This document shows, piece after piece, positions 1 through 8,847 of a stretch of 64,000 bases of DNA. This DNA comes from an uncultured Chthoniobacterales bacterium (lineage in GTDB: Bacteria; Verrucomicrobiota; Verrucomicrobiia; Chthoniobacterales; CALDSX01). Where the stretch lies: the NCBI GenBank assembly GCA_937924445.1, contig CALDSX010000015.1, positions 986 to 64,985 of the forward strand, written 5' to 3'. The notes below the pieces were generated by a model that saw nothing but the letters and a program-made list of their open reading frames with translations, searched no databases and was not told the DNA's origin. Numbering within the stretch: the first letter of the stretch is position 1; every line of letters begins with the position of its first letter. The position numbers and the translations under genes were made by a program.

Positions 1-888
1 AATATGCTGCAGAGGCATGTCCACGTATCGGGCTGTTTTTTCGGAGTCGGCGATAGCTTTCATCAAATCCTGACTCCAGTGAGCTGGATGGGTGTAAAGG
101 ATACGAATCCAAAAATCGCCTGGGATACGATCGAGCTCTCGGAGAAGTGCAATAAGCGATGGTCCTTCGGTGGAGCCGACCGGAGTGCGTGGACCTGCCC
201 GGTTTTCCCAGAGATCCATTCCGAAGTAGGTGGTATCCTGGCTGATGAGGTTCAATTCTCGGACCCCCTCACCTACGAGCTGGCGGGCCTCTTCCACAAC
301 TGAGGAAATTGTCCTGCTGCGGTGCCGTCCGCGCATTCTTGGGATAACGCAGAAACTGCAAGGGTGGTTACAGCCTTCCGCGATTTTAATATACGCGCTA
401 TGGGACGGAGTGAGACGGTAACGTGGCGTGTCGTAATCCGGTATATAGCGCGGTTTGCCGGTCACCAGATCGAGTGGGGTGCCACTCTGTTTGTCTGAGC
501 GGGAAAGGAGCTGCTCCACGATATCACCTGCCTCTTCGACCTGGTCGAGGCCGATGAAGGCGTCGACTTCAGGCATTTCTTTGACAAGCTCTTTTGAAAA
601 GCGCTGCGACATGCAGCCACTGACGATTAGACGCTGACCAGGGCTTTTGCTCAATCCGCGTTGTCGGTGGGTTTGCAAGATCGCATCAATAGATTCTTCC
701 TTGGCTGGATCAATGAACGCGCAGGTGTTGACGATCACCACATCGGCCTCGCTCGGGTCAGCGATGACGCGCATGCCTTTAGCGAGGATGCTGCCGAGCA
801 TAATTTCCGCATCAACAAGGTTCTTTGCGCAGCCGAGGCTGACCATACCCACAGCCGGGGTAAGTTGTTCTGAATATGGCAAGTGCAT
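1..888 (-). CDS. rimO: Ribosomal protein S12 methylthiotransferase RimO (radical-SAM MTTase). Only the 5' part is present; the 3' end runs off the window start.
   Basis: Not in the supplied ORF track because there is no stop inside the window. My translation of the minus strand from ATG 888-886 gives MHLPYSEQLTPAVGMVSLGCAKNLVDAEIMLGSILAKG...AYIKIAEGCNHPCSFCVIPRMRGRHRSR...ILYTHPAHW...DMPLQHI, open through position 1. It has the MTTase N-domain plus the CxxxCxxC radical-SAM motif. Confidence 0.85.
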   Translation of the reverse strand, partial: MHLPYSEQLTPAVGMVSLGCAKNLVDAEIMLGSILAKGMRVIADPSEADVVIVNTCAFIDPAKEESIDAILQTHRQRGLSKSPGQRLIVSGCMSQRFSKELVKEMPEVDAFIGLDQVEEAGDIVEQLLSRSDKQSGTPLDLVTGKPRYIPDYDTPRYRLTPSHSAYIKIAEGCNHPCSFCVIPRMRGRHRSRTISSVVEEARQLVGEGVRELNLISQDTTYFGMDLWENRAGPRTPVGSTEGPSLIALLRELDRIPGDFWIRILYTHPAHWSQDLMKAIADSEKTARYVDMPLQHI

Positions 889-962
889 GGTATCGAATAG
901 GGCAGAGATCTGTCAAGTGCGGGCAGCAAGTTTGTTTAGTCCGGATAATTCTAGCTGCCGAC

Positions 963-1784
963 TTACGGTGTGGCGGGCAGGACGCGCTCGACGCGCTCTG
1001 CCCTGCGCACTTCGTTCGGAGAAACACGCTGCGGTGAATAACTCCTGGGGAGTGGATTAAGGGCCGAAGTGGGAGACTCGGAGGCTGTGGTGTCAGGAGG
1101 CAGAATCAAACGCCCTGTTGGTTCAGCGCGCAGAACCGGTTCCTGAGAATCCGATGCGCGGCCGACATTATTTGTGACGGGTGCGGAGAGATCTGCTACA
1201 TCGCTTTTTTTTGTATTAGAAACCAGAGAATCCGGGGCAGAGCTGGTTTTGGGCGTCTTTTGAGTGTTGCCCTCTATTTCAGCAACAGTGGACTCGGCAG
1301 GGAGGGATCTCTTTAGTCTCTCAAGATCAATGGTGAATTTAATCGCCAGGAATACCCCGATAGCCAGAGCCAGGCTGATAATCCAAAGGAGCAACCCTTT
1401 TTTTGTGCTTGGGAAGCTGACGCGGGGAAAGTTGACAGAGTAAATGGGGAGATGACTGCCACCCCCACGGCTGCGGTGCCGTCTCGGGGGAGGTGGTTTT
1501 GCACGCCCTGCAATCGCAATTGGACGATGAAAAAAAACAGCCCGCTCTTGTCTGGATGGAGCTGGATCGAAGTATTCGAAGGCGTCTGAGATATCAATTT
1601 TTAGAAATTTACCGTAGAGCTTAAGAAAGCTTTTCGCATAGACGAATCCGGGAAAGTTACTAAAATCGCCATCTTCCATGTCGCGGATTTGCTCGACACG
1701 GATTTTTGTAAGACGCGAGGCTTCCTCTATAGATAATCCCCTACGCTCGCGTGCTTCTCGAAGACGCTCTCCAACATTTATCAT
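963..1784 (-). CDS. RodZ-like membrane protein with an N-terminal XRE-type HTH, one TM helix and a Ser/Pro-rich tail
   Basis: 273-aa ORF. The N-terminus is MINVGERLREARERRGLSIEEASRLTKIRVEQIRDMEDGDF (HTH_25/RodZ-like). A hydrophobic segment LLLWIISLALAIGVFLAIKF follows, and the C-terminus is low complexity. Confidence 0.65.
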   Translation of the reverse strand: MINVGERLREARERRGLSIEEASRLTKIRVEQIRDMEDGDFSNFPGFVYAKSFLKLYGKFLKIDISDAFEYFDPAPSRQERAVFFHRPIAIAGRAKPPPPRRHRSRGGGSHLPIYSVNFPRVSFPSTKKGLLLWIISLALAIGVFLAIKFTIDLERLKRSLPAESTVAEIEGNTQKTPKTSSAPDSLVSNTKKSDVADLSAPVTNNVGRASDSQEPVLRAEPTGRLILPPDTTASESPTSALNPLPRSYSPQRVSPNEVRRAERVERVLPATP

Positions 1785-1873
1785 GGGTTTAGTGACACAG
1801 AGTGGCTGGGGTAAGTAGTTGTTTTGAGGAAGAATAATTTCAGCGTTATGGGCACCAAAAAGTTTAATTAAAC

Positions 1874-1901
1874 ATTATACCCGTAAAGAGGTTGTTGACA
1901 A
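1874..1901 (-). promoter_or_regulatory. Sigma70-like promoter candidate for the RodZ-like gene
   Basis: The minus strand reads TTGTCA-16 nt-TATAAT (TTGTCAACAACCTCTTTACGGGTATAAT), about 90 nt upstream of the ATG at 1784. Confidence 0.3.
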
Positions 1902-1939
1902 CCCAGATCGCGGTGATGGCGACTTAGATTCAGAGAAAT

Positions 1940-2830
1940 TCAGAGAACAACTTCGGTTCCAATACCGCGGTCGGAAAAAATCTCGAGCAAAAGTGCGTGG
2001 GGGATTCTTCCGTCTATTAAATGGATTTTGCCGACGCCCGCGATAAGCGCCTCAAAAGCTGAACGCACTTTAGGGATCATTCCGCCAGAGATGATACCGC
2101 GCTCAATGAGATCATCGCGTTTTGCGCAATCCAGCGAGGGGATGAGCGTGGTTGGGTCGGCCGGATTTTCCAAAATACCGAGGACATCGCTCAGGTAGAT
2201 GAGTTTGTTGGCCTTTAGACCAACAGCGATAGCCGACGCCGCAAGATCGGCATTGACGTTGAGAAGTCCGCCCTTGTCATCCGATGCAATGGGAGAGATG
2301 ACGGGCACTTGCTCGGAATTCACAATGCCAAGAACTTCACTGATTTTGGCCGAAATAACTTCACCCACGCGCCCAAGATCAGTGGTAACTCCGTCGGAGT
2401 GAGTAACGGGAGGCAGTTTTCTGGCGCGAAGCACATTTCGCCCTGAGAGACCACAGGCCCGGCCCCCGTAGCGGTTGATTGTGCCGACAATGCTCCCGTT
2501 GATGTCATCGTCAAGAACCTTAGCAACGATGCCGATGGCATCGTCTCTGGTCACACGAAGCCCTCCGATAAAGTGCGCCTCGATCCCGGCGTCAGCCATT
2601 GCTTGGTTGATCGCCTTGCCACCACCATGAACGAGAACCGGGTTGATACCGACGGCTTCGAGAAAGACCACATCGCGCAAGAGGGAATCGACAAGAGTGG
2701 CGTCCTCCATCGCGCTGCCACCAAATTTGATAACAAACACCTGCCCGCGAAAGCGTTGGATATACGGCAGCGCTTCGCTGAGCACTGAGGCACGCAGGTC
2801 ATTGGTGATGAATGAAAGTGTCTCCGACAT
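1940..2830 (-). CDS. argB: Acetylglutamate kinase
   Basis: 296 aa with FVIKFGGSAMED, VLVHGGG and NVNADLAASAIA motifs of the amino-acid kinase/ArgB family. It lies adjacent to argJ. Confidence 0.93.
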   Translation of the reverse strand: MSETLSFITNDLRASVLSEALPYIQRFRGQVFVIKFGGSAMEDATLVDSLLRDVVFLEAVGINPVLVHGGGKAINQAMADAGIEAHFIGGLRVTRDDAIGIVAKVLDDDINGSIVGTINRYGGRACGLSGRNVLRARKLPPVTHSDGVTTDLGRVGEVISAKISEVLGIVNSEQVPVISPIASDDKGGLLNVNADLAASAIAVGLKANKLIYLSDVLGILENPADPTTLIPSLDCAKRDDLIERGIISGGMIPKVRSAFEALIAGVGKIHLIDGRIPHALLLEIFSDRGIGTEVVL

Positions 2831-2861
2831 TTTAGGTTGCTGCCCTCGCGTGGTGGAAATT

Positions 2862-4082
2862 TTATTCTCCCATATTAAATTTCACGTAGGCGGGGGATAG
2901 GTCCGTGGTGAACATTTTGTATGAGGCATCGCCGCGATGCAAGTTAACGACGATAGTCAGTTCGGGCGCTGCCATGACTTTTTTGAGGAGGCGGGGTGGT
3001 GTTTTGGCAGCGACACCGCCTCGGACGGTTGCGAGCCCCCCAAAATGAATATCAACACTCTCTTCACGAATTCGAGCGCCTGAGTAACCCAAGGCATCCA
3101 TGATACGGCCCCAGTTAGGATCACCGCCGTGCCAGGAGCATTTTACCAGGAGAGAATTTGAAATTGCGCGTGCCGCCTTTCGTGCGTCCTGGTATGTCGC
3201 GGCTCCGCGGACTTCCAGATCGACAAATTTTGTGACACACTCGCCGTCGCGCACAATCTTTTTTGCCAGGTCAAGGCAGACTTGCTCAAGAGCCGCCTGG
3301 AAACGTTCAAAAGCCTCCGAGCCAGAAGTAATCCGCGGGGCATCGGAAGCACTGTTTGCCAAACAGAGCACTGTGTCATTCGTGCTCATATCGCCATCGA
3401 CGCTGATACGATTAAAAGAAGCGTCAACAGATTGTGAGAGTGCTTTTTTTAAATCGGCTCGCCCGATTTGCGCGTCTGTTGTGAGGAACGCCAGCATTGT
3501 TGCCATGTGCGGGTCTATCATGCCGGCACCCTTGGCCATTGCCCCGATCCGAACACGGCTCCCGCCGATCTCAAATTCCACAGCACACTCTTTCGGACGG
3601 GTATCGCTCGTCATTATAGCTTGCGCCGCATGACGACCTCCCTGTTCGGAAAGCTTGGAGACAAGCCTCGGCATGGCCTGTTCAATTTTTTCAATAGGCA
3701 GCGGAACGCCAATTCGTCCGGTCGAACAGACAAAAAAGCAGGAAGGCTTTGTGTCCAGGATGGCAGCGGCGGCCGCTGCCATCCTGCGGGCATCTTTCAT
3801 TCCGCGAAGTCCGGTGCAGGCGTTTGCATTGCCGCTATTGGCCACGATCCCTTGAGCAGCTCCAAGCTTAAGGTGGGCTGCAGAAAGCCGGACCGGCGCA
3901 GCTTTAATTCGGTTCGTCGTGAAGACCCCCGCTGACGTTGCAGGACGACGACTATAAACCAAGGCCAAATCACGCTCGGCTCTCTCAGGATCTTTAATGC
4001 CGCAATGAATACCTGCTGCGACAAAATCCCGCGGCGCCGTAACCCCACCTTTAATGACTTCCAGTTTGAAATTCTTGCTCAT
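2862..4082 (-). CDS. argJ: Bifunctional ornithine acetyltransferase / N-acetylglutamate synthase ArgJ
   Basis: GVTAPRDFVAAGIHCGIK, ANACTG, and the autoprocessing site HMATMLAFLTTDA. The ORF is open to 4169, but the ArgJ-like N-terminus begins at MSKNFKLEVIKGG (ATG 4082-4080). Confidence 0.9.
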   Translation of the reverse strand: MSKNFKLEVIKGGVTAPRDFVAAGIHCGIKDPERAERDLALVYSRRPATSAGVFTTNRIKAAPVRLSAAHLKLGAAQGIVANSGNANACTGLRGMKDARRMAAAAAAILDTKPSCFFVCSTGRIGVPLPIEKIEQAMPRLVSKLSEQGGRHAAQAIMTSDTRPKECAVEFEIGGSRVRIGAMAKGAGMIDPHMATMLAFLTTDAQIGRADLKKALSQSVDASFNRISVDGDMSTNDTVLCLANSASDAPRITSGSEAFERFQAALEQVCLDLAKKIVRDGECVTKFVDLEVRGAATYQDARKAARAISNSLLVKCSWHGGDPNWGRIMDALGYSGARIREESVDIHFGGLATVRGGVAAKTPPRLLKKVMAAPELTIVVNLHRGDASYKMFTTDLSPAYVKFNMGE

Positions 4083-4290
4083 TTGGCTTCTTCGGCCGTC
4101 CGATCCGGTTAAGACCCCAAAACGCAATCGGATGGAAGAGAACGATGCGCGCTTTGGCCGCCGGAGCAAGCTGAAATTACACCGTCGGCACGCAGCAAAA
4201 GCGATCGAGACCGTTGCCTTTGGCGTTTTATCCCGCTGACGCGTTGACCTTTCATTTCCTCACCCCCTTGACAAAGCGCACGGTTGAGTC

Positions 4291-5376
4291 TCACAAAAGT
4301 GCCTCTGGAGAGTGTGCGCGCAAAGCCTCCGCGAGTATTTCGCGTTGCCAAGGCAAAAGTTTTGCGGAAGCCTCACGTGGGGAAAAGACAAGAGCCTCGA
4401 GCGTATGACGTGGGGCAATAATGCTCGGATCGAGTTTAAGGTCAGCCGCGGCTCTGTCGCGGAAAGCTCTCAGCGCATTGATACGCGCCTCGTGTTCGGG
4501 AGTAATTTTTAGTCCGCGAACGCGCTTGGGTGGTTTGGGCCATGCGGAAGCGGGGAGTGCGGCAGCTTCTAAGGCGGTTTGGTGAAAGAGGGCAAAAGTG
4601 TGGTCTTTAAGCGAACGGCTTTCGAATGGCAGCCCCTTATCATAGGCATCGGCGGCGCGGACCAGTTCGCCGCTGCTGAGGATGTGAAAACTGGGACGAT
4701 CACGACGCATGGCTTCAGCCTCACGCCAATTCCAGAGTGAACGGAGGATAGCAAGACCGCGCGGCGACAATGTCTTCCATCCGGTCACACGCCAGGCAGT
4801 CTCTGGATCGCGGGGTTTGTCTTCCGCAAGCGAGACGGAACGTGCGCACCACTGACGATGCAACTCCAATCGCCCGAGGCTTTCAAGGTCGGCTGCAAGT
4901 AAATCCCGGATGCGCAGCAAATGCCGTGTGTCGTTGATGGCATATTCGATCATTTTTTGTGGGAGCGGGCGTCGCCCCCAATCTTCTTTTTGTGAGGATT
5001 TGCAGAGATCTAATCCGAGGAGTTTTTTTAAAATTGCCGCCAGGCCAAGCTCAGGATATCCGAGAAGCCGGGCGGCGATTGCGGTGTCGAAGATATTTGT
5101 GGGTTTGAAATGGGGAGCTGTCCGGCGCAACATCCGCAGATCGAAGTCCATGGCATGAATGACGATTTCGCGGGATTCAAACAGCCTAATGAGGGGGTGC
5201 AGGTCGAGCCCGGCGAGCGGGTCTATTAAGAAATCGCCGGATGGGACGCTGATCTGAATTAGACAGAGCTTTTCGAAATAGGAGTGAAGGCTGTCAGCTT
5301 CTGTATCCACCGCAAGGCGAGGTTCATTCGAAAGGCGGACAATCAGTGAGTTGAGATCGGTCTGTGAGGAGATCAC
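4291..5376 (-). CDS. rnd: Ribonuclease D (DEDD 3'-5' exonuclease plus HRDC)
   Basis: 361 aa. LAVDTEADSLHSYFEKLCLIQIS (ExoI motif) and YAINDTRHLL (ExoIII). The C-terminal region is HRDC-like. Confidence 0.85.
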   Translation of the reverse strand: MISSQTDLNSLIVRLSNEPRLAVDTEADSLHSYFEKLCLIQISVPSGDFLIDPLAGLDLHPLIRLFESREIVIHAMDFDLRMLRRTAPHFKPTNIFDTAIAARLLGYPELGLAAILKKLLGLDLCKSSQKEDWGRRPLPQKMIEYAINDTRHLLRIRDLLAADLESLGRLELHRQWCARSVSLAEDKPRDPETAWRVTGWKTLSPRGLAILRSLWNWREAEAMRRDRPSFHILSSGELVRAADAYDKGLPFESRSLKDHTFALFHQTALEAAALPASAWPKPPKRVRGLKITPEHEARINALRAFRDRAAADLKLDPSIIAPRHTLEALVFSPREASAKLLPWQREILAEALRAHSPEALL

Positions 5377-5413
5377 TATGGAAAAGATCTGATGTGCCCA
5401 GATGTCTGGAATA

Positions 5414-6820
5414 TTATTTCAAGCCGGTAAGCAATAACTCCGCATTGGTGCGGGTGTTTTTGAGAGCGTCTACCAGCTCTTCCGTCGCCTCAAAAGGCGG
5501 CTTTGAGAGGAGCGATTTGCGAAGAATAGAAATGCGATTGTATTCGTCCGGATGGTAGAGCAACTCCTCTTTGCGAGTTCCGGATTTTGGGATGTGGATG
5601 GCCGGGAAGATGCGGCGCTCTATCAACTCACGGTCGAGGTGAAGTTCCATATTGCCAGTGCCTTTAAATTCCTCAAAGATGACGTCATCCATTCGGGATT
5701 CGGTTTCGACAAGGGCGGTCGCAAGGATGGTCAGACTGCCCCCCTCGAGCACATTCCGAGCGGAACCAAAGAAGCGTTTGGGCTTCATGAGTGCTTTTGT
5801 ATCCACACCACCGGACATGATTCGGCCCTTAGCCGGCATGAGAGCGTTGTGTCCGCGTGCGAGGCGGGTGATGGAATCGAGGAGAATAACAACATCTTTG
5901 CCGATCTCAACAAGTCGTTTGGCACGTTCGCCGACCAATTCAGCTACTTGGACATGGCGCGTGGGTGGTTCATCGAAAGTCGAACAGTAGATCTCAGCAT
6001 CGATGCTACGGCGAAAATCGGTTACCTCCTCGGGTCGCTCATCCACAAGCAGGATGAGGAGTGAAATGGCAGGATCTCCGGCGCGGATTGCCTTTGCAAT
6101 TTCTTTAAGCAAAATGGTCTTCCCAGCGCGAGGCGGAGCAACAATCAGTCCGCGTTGGCCCTTACCCAGCGGCGCAATAAGATCGACAAACCGCGCACTG
6201 ACGGATGCCCCGCGGGGGCTCTCAAGAAAGATGCGTGAACGTGGATGGCACGGTGTGAGTTCATCGAAATGTTTACGCTGTTGCCATTCGGCAGTGGGAA
6301 TGCCTTCGATCTCGATCACCTCGCTTGCGATGAGATTTTTCTCGCGCACCTCGCGAGGTGGGCGCAGGGTGGTTTTTAGCCTCTGGCCTGCGCGCAACTG
6401 GAGCCCTTTGTAAATCTGCTGAGGAACAAAAACATCCTCAGGACAGGTGGCGAAGTTGTAACGTGGCCATCGCAGCATGCCGGTGCCTTCACTGGATGAT
6501 TCGACGATTCCTTCGGCGATCACCCTGCTCCCATGAAGTATGAGCCGACGCAAAAGCTCAAAAATGACTGCATGCCGGGAACGTTCATGGTTGAGCCGAA
6601 GGCCGTAAGTCGTTGCAAGCCGTGCCAATTCAGCGAGCGGAAGTGTCTGTAGTTCATTCAGAGAAGTTGTTTCAGGGATGAACTCGGGGATCTGCACACC
6701 TGAAATGACGTTGCTTGGTCGAATCATTCCCGGCGGTGGCGGGGAAAGCGGAGGAGGCGGCGCATCGGAAGCTGACGGAAATTCGATAGACGAAACATCC
6801 GCTGGATTATCTTCTGGCAT
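5414..6820 (-). CDS. rho: Transcription termination factor Rho with a Pro-rich N-terminal extension
   Basis: [20 protein letters not shown] (P-loop), [13 protein letters not shown] and the RNA-binding domain. The ORF is open to 6883. The start at MPEDNPADV (6820) would cut the overlap with coaE to 14 nt. Confidence 0.93.
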   Translation of the reverse strand: MPEDNPADVSSIEFPSASDAPPPPLSPPPPGMIRPSNVISGVQIPEFIPETTSLNELQTLPLAELARLATTYGLRLNHERSRHAVIFELLRRLILHGSRVIAEGIVESSSEGTGMLRWPRYNFATCPEDVFVPQQIYKGLQLRAGQRLKTTLRPPREVREKNLIASEVIEIEGIPTAEWQQRKHFDELTPCHPRSRIFLESPRGASVSARFVDLIAPLGKGQRGLIVAPPRAGKTILLKEIAKAIRAGDPAISLLILLVDERPEEVTDFRRSIDAEIYCSTFDEPPTRHVQVAELVGERAKRLVEIGKDVVILLDSITRLARGHNALMPAKGRIMSGGVDTKALMKPKRFFGSARNVLEGGSLTILATALVETESRMDDVIFEEFKGTGNMELHLDRELIERRIFPAIHIPKSGTRKEELLYHPDEYNRISILRKSLLSKPPFEATEELVDALKNTRTNAELLLTGLK

Positions 6821-7439
6821 AGGTTTTAAGTCGTTCGGATAGAAGTTTGGCTTGGGGCATGAGCAAGGTAGCGGGGCCGTCATTCCAGATGAGGTAATCG
6901 CATCGCGCTATTTTTTCAGCGATTGGCCACTGCGCAGCAAGAAATGCTTTGGCTGTGCTAATGTCCAGTTTGCGCTTTTCAACAATGCGCCGGATCTGGG
7001 TATCGGGTCGGCAAGCGACGACGACTGAGACGTCTATTTCCTTGTCTGCAGCAACCTCGTAAAGCAATGGTATGGCCAAAATAAGCCATTTGCAACACGC
7101 TTCTTGAGGATGAGAGGCTTGCTCCGCCTGCCTCAGACCTGCGGCGAGAGCCCGCCATTCCCTCTCAACCTCTGGATGAAGAATAGACTCGAGATCTCGC
7201 CTGGCTCGTGTCTCATAGAGCACCTTTGCCCTTAGGCGCGCCCTGTCAATTTCACCAAATTCATCAGCAATCCCCAAACCAAAACAGTCTAGGACCGCAG
7301 TTTTGCAGGTTGTTTTTAAAAGCCGATGAACAGCGGCATCAGCGTCGTAAACCCTCGCCTCGCTGAGGAAGAGGCAAAGATTTTGGAGAAAGAGTGATTT
7401 ACCCGTGGCGACACCGCCTGTGAGACCGAGGAGCGGCAA
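6807..7439 (-). CDS. coaE: Dephospho-CoA kinase
   Basis: 210 aa. The N-terminal P-loop is LGLTGGVATGKS, with the CoaE-like core and lid. Confidence 0.82.
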   Translation of the reverse strand: MPLLGLTGGVATGKSLFLQNLCLFLSEARVYDADAAVHRLLKTTCKTAVLDCFGLGIADEFGEIDRARLRAKVLYETRARRDLESILHPEVEREWRALAAGLRQAEQASHPQEACCKWLILAIPLLYEVAADKEIDVSVVVACRPDTQIRRIVEKRKLDISTAKAFLAAQWPIAEKIARCDYLIWNDGPATLLMPQAKLLSERLKTYARR

Positions 7440-7518
7440 GGCCTTAAGGAGCTTAAACGCAGGAGGAGAGCATACGTTGTACTTTCATCCTACGATTGAC
7501 AGAGATGTTGGTAAATTC

Positions 7519-7713
7519 TTACGCGGTGAAACGAAACTTCATTTTGATACGCTTAGCGTTAGCCTTCGCTTTTCGGCGCACTCTTTGAGAAGGAGTCTCA
7601 AATGCACGAAGCCGCCTCACCTCTTCCATGATGCCTTCCGCATCAAGCTTATTTTTCAGGCGCTTCAGGGCACGGTCAATCGGCTCTCCTTTTTTAACAA
7701 CAACTTCGGGCAT
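7519..7713 (-). CDS. rpsU: 30S ribosomal protein S21
   Basis: 64 aa: MPEVVVKKGEPIDRALKRLKNKLDAEGIMEEVRRLRAFETPSQRVRRK. Confidence 0.95.
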   Translation of the reverse strand: MPEVVVKKGEPIDRALKRLKNKLDAEGIMEEVRRLRAFETPSQRVRRKAKANAKRIKMKFRFTA

Positions 7714-7790
7714 TGCAACTCGCTTTCTTGTCTGGTTTTTTTTCGTTTAAAGGGTCCACGGACTTGGCTTCAAAGCCATTTCCATTTATC

Positions 7791-7818
7791 ATTTTATTCA
7801 GTTATCCATAGAAGTCAA
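7791..7818 (-). promoter_or_regulatory. Sigma70-like promoter candidate for rpsU
   Basis: The minus strand reads TTGACT-16 nt-TAAAAT (TTGACTTCTATGGATAACTGAATAAAAT), about 75 nt upstream of the rpsU ATG. Confidence 0.4.
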
Positions 7819-7884
7819 AAGGAAAATATCACCCCAAGCTTTCACCCCTTTTCCCATAGGTCCCATAGGCAACCGACGTCATTT

Positions 7885-8703
7885 CTACCGCACGTTCCGT
7901 CGCCTTGCTCGATATCCCAGACCGAGAACGGCCCGTAACATCGGCAACGGCAGTGTCGTCGCGATCATCATTACAAGTCGTGGAATCACACCGGGAATAT
8001 AGCGTGGTTTACGTTTTGTCAGAGCCCCCACCATTTCCCGCACTGCACTCTCGAGTGGCATCATCATAAAAGAGGGATTTCTTATCGGCTCACCCACATC
8101 TGGGCGCATCGCTACTTCACCGAACTCCGTGCGGATCGGTCCAGGACAGATGGCTGTCACCTCGACACCTTTGCCGGCAAGTTCAATCCGCAGAGCTTCG
8201 CTAAAGCTGGTAACAAAGGCTTTCGTCGCAGCGTAAACGCCGATTTCGGGCAAGGGAATCAGACTCGCGATGCTGCTGATGTTAACCACAAGGCCACGTC
8301 GGGCGCTTATCATTTCCGGTAGAAAAAGATGCGTCAGGTGAAGCAGGCTGAGAACGTTTACTTCAACGACGCGTCGAAGGCGTTCCCAATCGGCGGTGGC
8401 AATTTCGCCATGATCGCCAAGACCGGCATTGTTGACAAGAAGATCGGGCACAAGGCTACGTGCCTTGATTTTGTTACTGAATTCTATGCGGGCCTTTTCG
8501 TCGGCCAGGTCGAGCTTTTCAACAAACACCTGGCACATCGGCAAGCGTTCGCTGATTTCTTTGGCAAGAGATTCGAGGCGGTTTTCCCTGCGAGCAACGA
8601 TGATGAGCCGCTCGCACATGGGCGCAAGTTGGCGAGACAGTTCCGCCCCGATACCCGAGGAAGCTCCGGTGATCAGAGCAGTCTGAAATTTTGTTTGGTT
8701 CAT
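7885..8703 (-). CDS. Short-chain dehydrogenase/reductase (SDR) family oxidoreductase
   Basis: 272 aa with TALITGASSGIGAE (TGxxxGxG), NNAG and YAATKAF (YxxxK). Confidence 0.85.
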   Translation of the reverse strand: MNQTKFQTALITGASSGIGAELSRQLAPMCERLIIVARRENRLESLAKEISERLPMCQVFVEKLDLADEKARIEFSNKIKARSLVPDLLVNNAGLGDHGEIATADWERLRRVVEVNVLSLLHLTHLFLPEMISARRGLVVNISSIASLIPLPEIGVYAATKAFVTSFSEALRIELAGKGVEVTAICPGPIRTEFGEVAMRPDVGEPIRNPSFMMMPLESAVREMVGALTKRKPRYIPGVIPRLVMMIATTLPLPMLRAVLGLGYRARRRNVR

Positions 8704-8847
8704 AGATTCTTTTGCTCCTCAGATGTCCTATTTAAGGAAATGATTTCGCAAGTCTCGAGTTCCGCCTTGCGCTCTTTATTTAGGCTGAAACAGGTGTTCC
8801 GAATGATGGTTAACACTTGGATTGAAAAGGGCATTTGCATCTGGAGC

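Noticed and set aside
1895-1900. Perfect TTGACA on the plus strand in the argB/RodZ-like intergenic region
   Set aside because: No plus-strand gene or -10 box follows. The same bases form part of the minus-strand -35 candidate (TTGTCA) that does have a TATAAT partner.
4083-4169. N-terminal extensions of the maximal ORFs for argJ (to 4169), glyQS (to 10515), rho (to 6883), cca (from 26561), the propeller-like gene (to 26856) and the lipoprotein (to 25567)
   Set aside because: The extensions are Arg/Ser-rich, have no counterpart in the respective families, and create long overlaps with neighbours. Internal ATGs give family-typical N-termini. The start calls remain uncertain because SD signals are weak.
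7852-7869. Perfect 9-bp tandem direct repeat TCCCATAGG x2 just downstream of the SDR gene stop
   Set aside because: There are only two copies, no further occurrences noticed in the window, and no associated hairpin or ORF. It is most likely a chance or slippage duplication.
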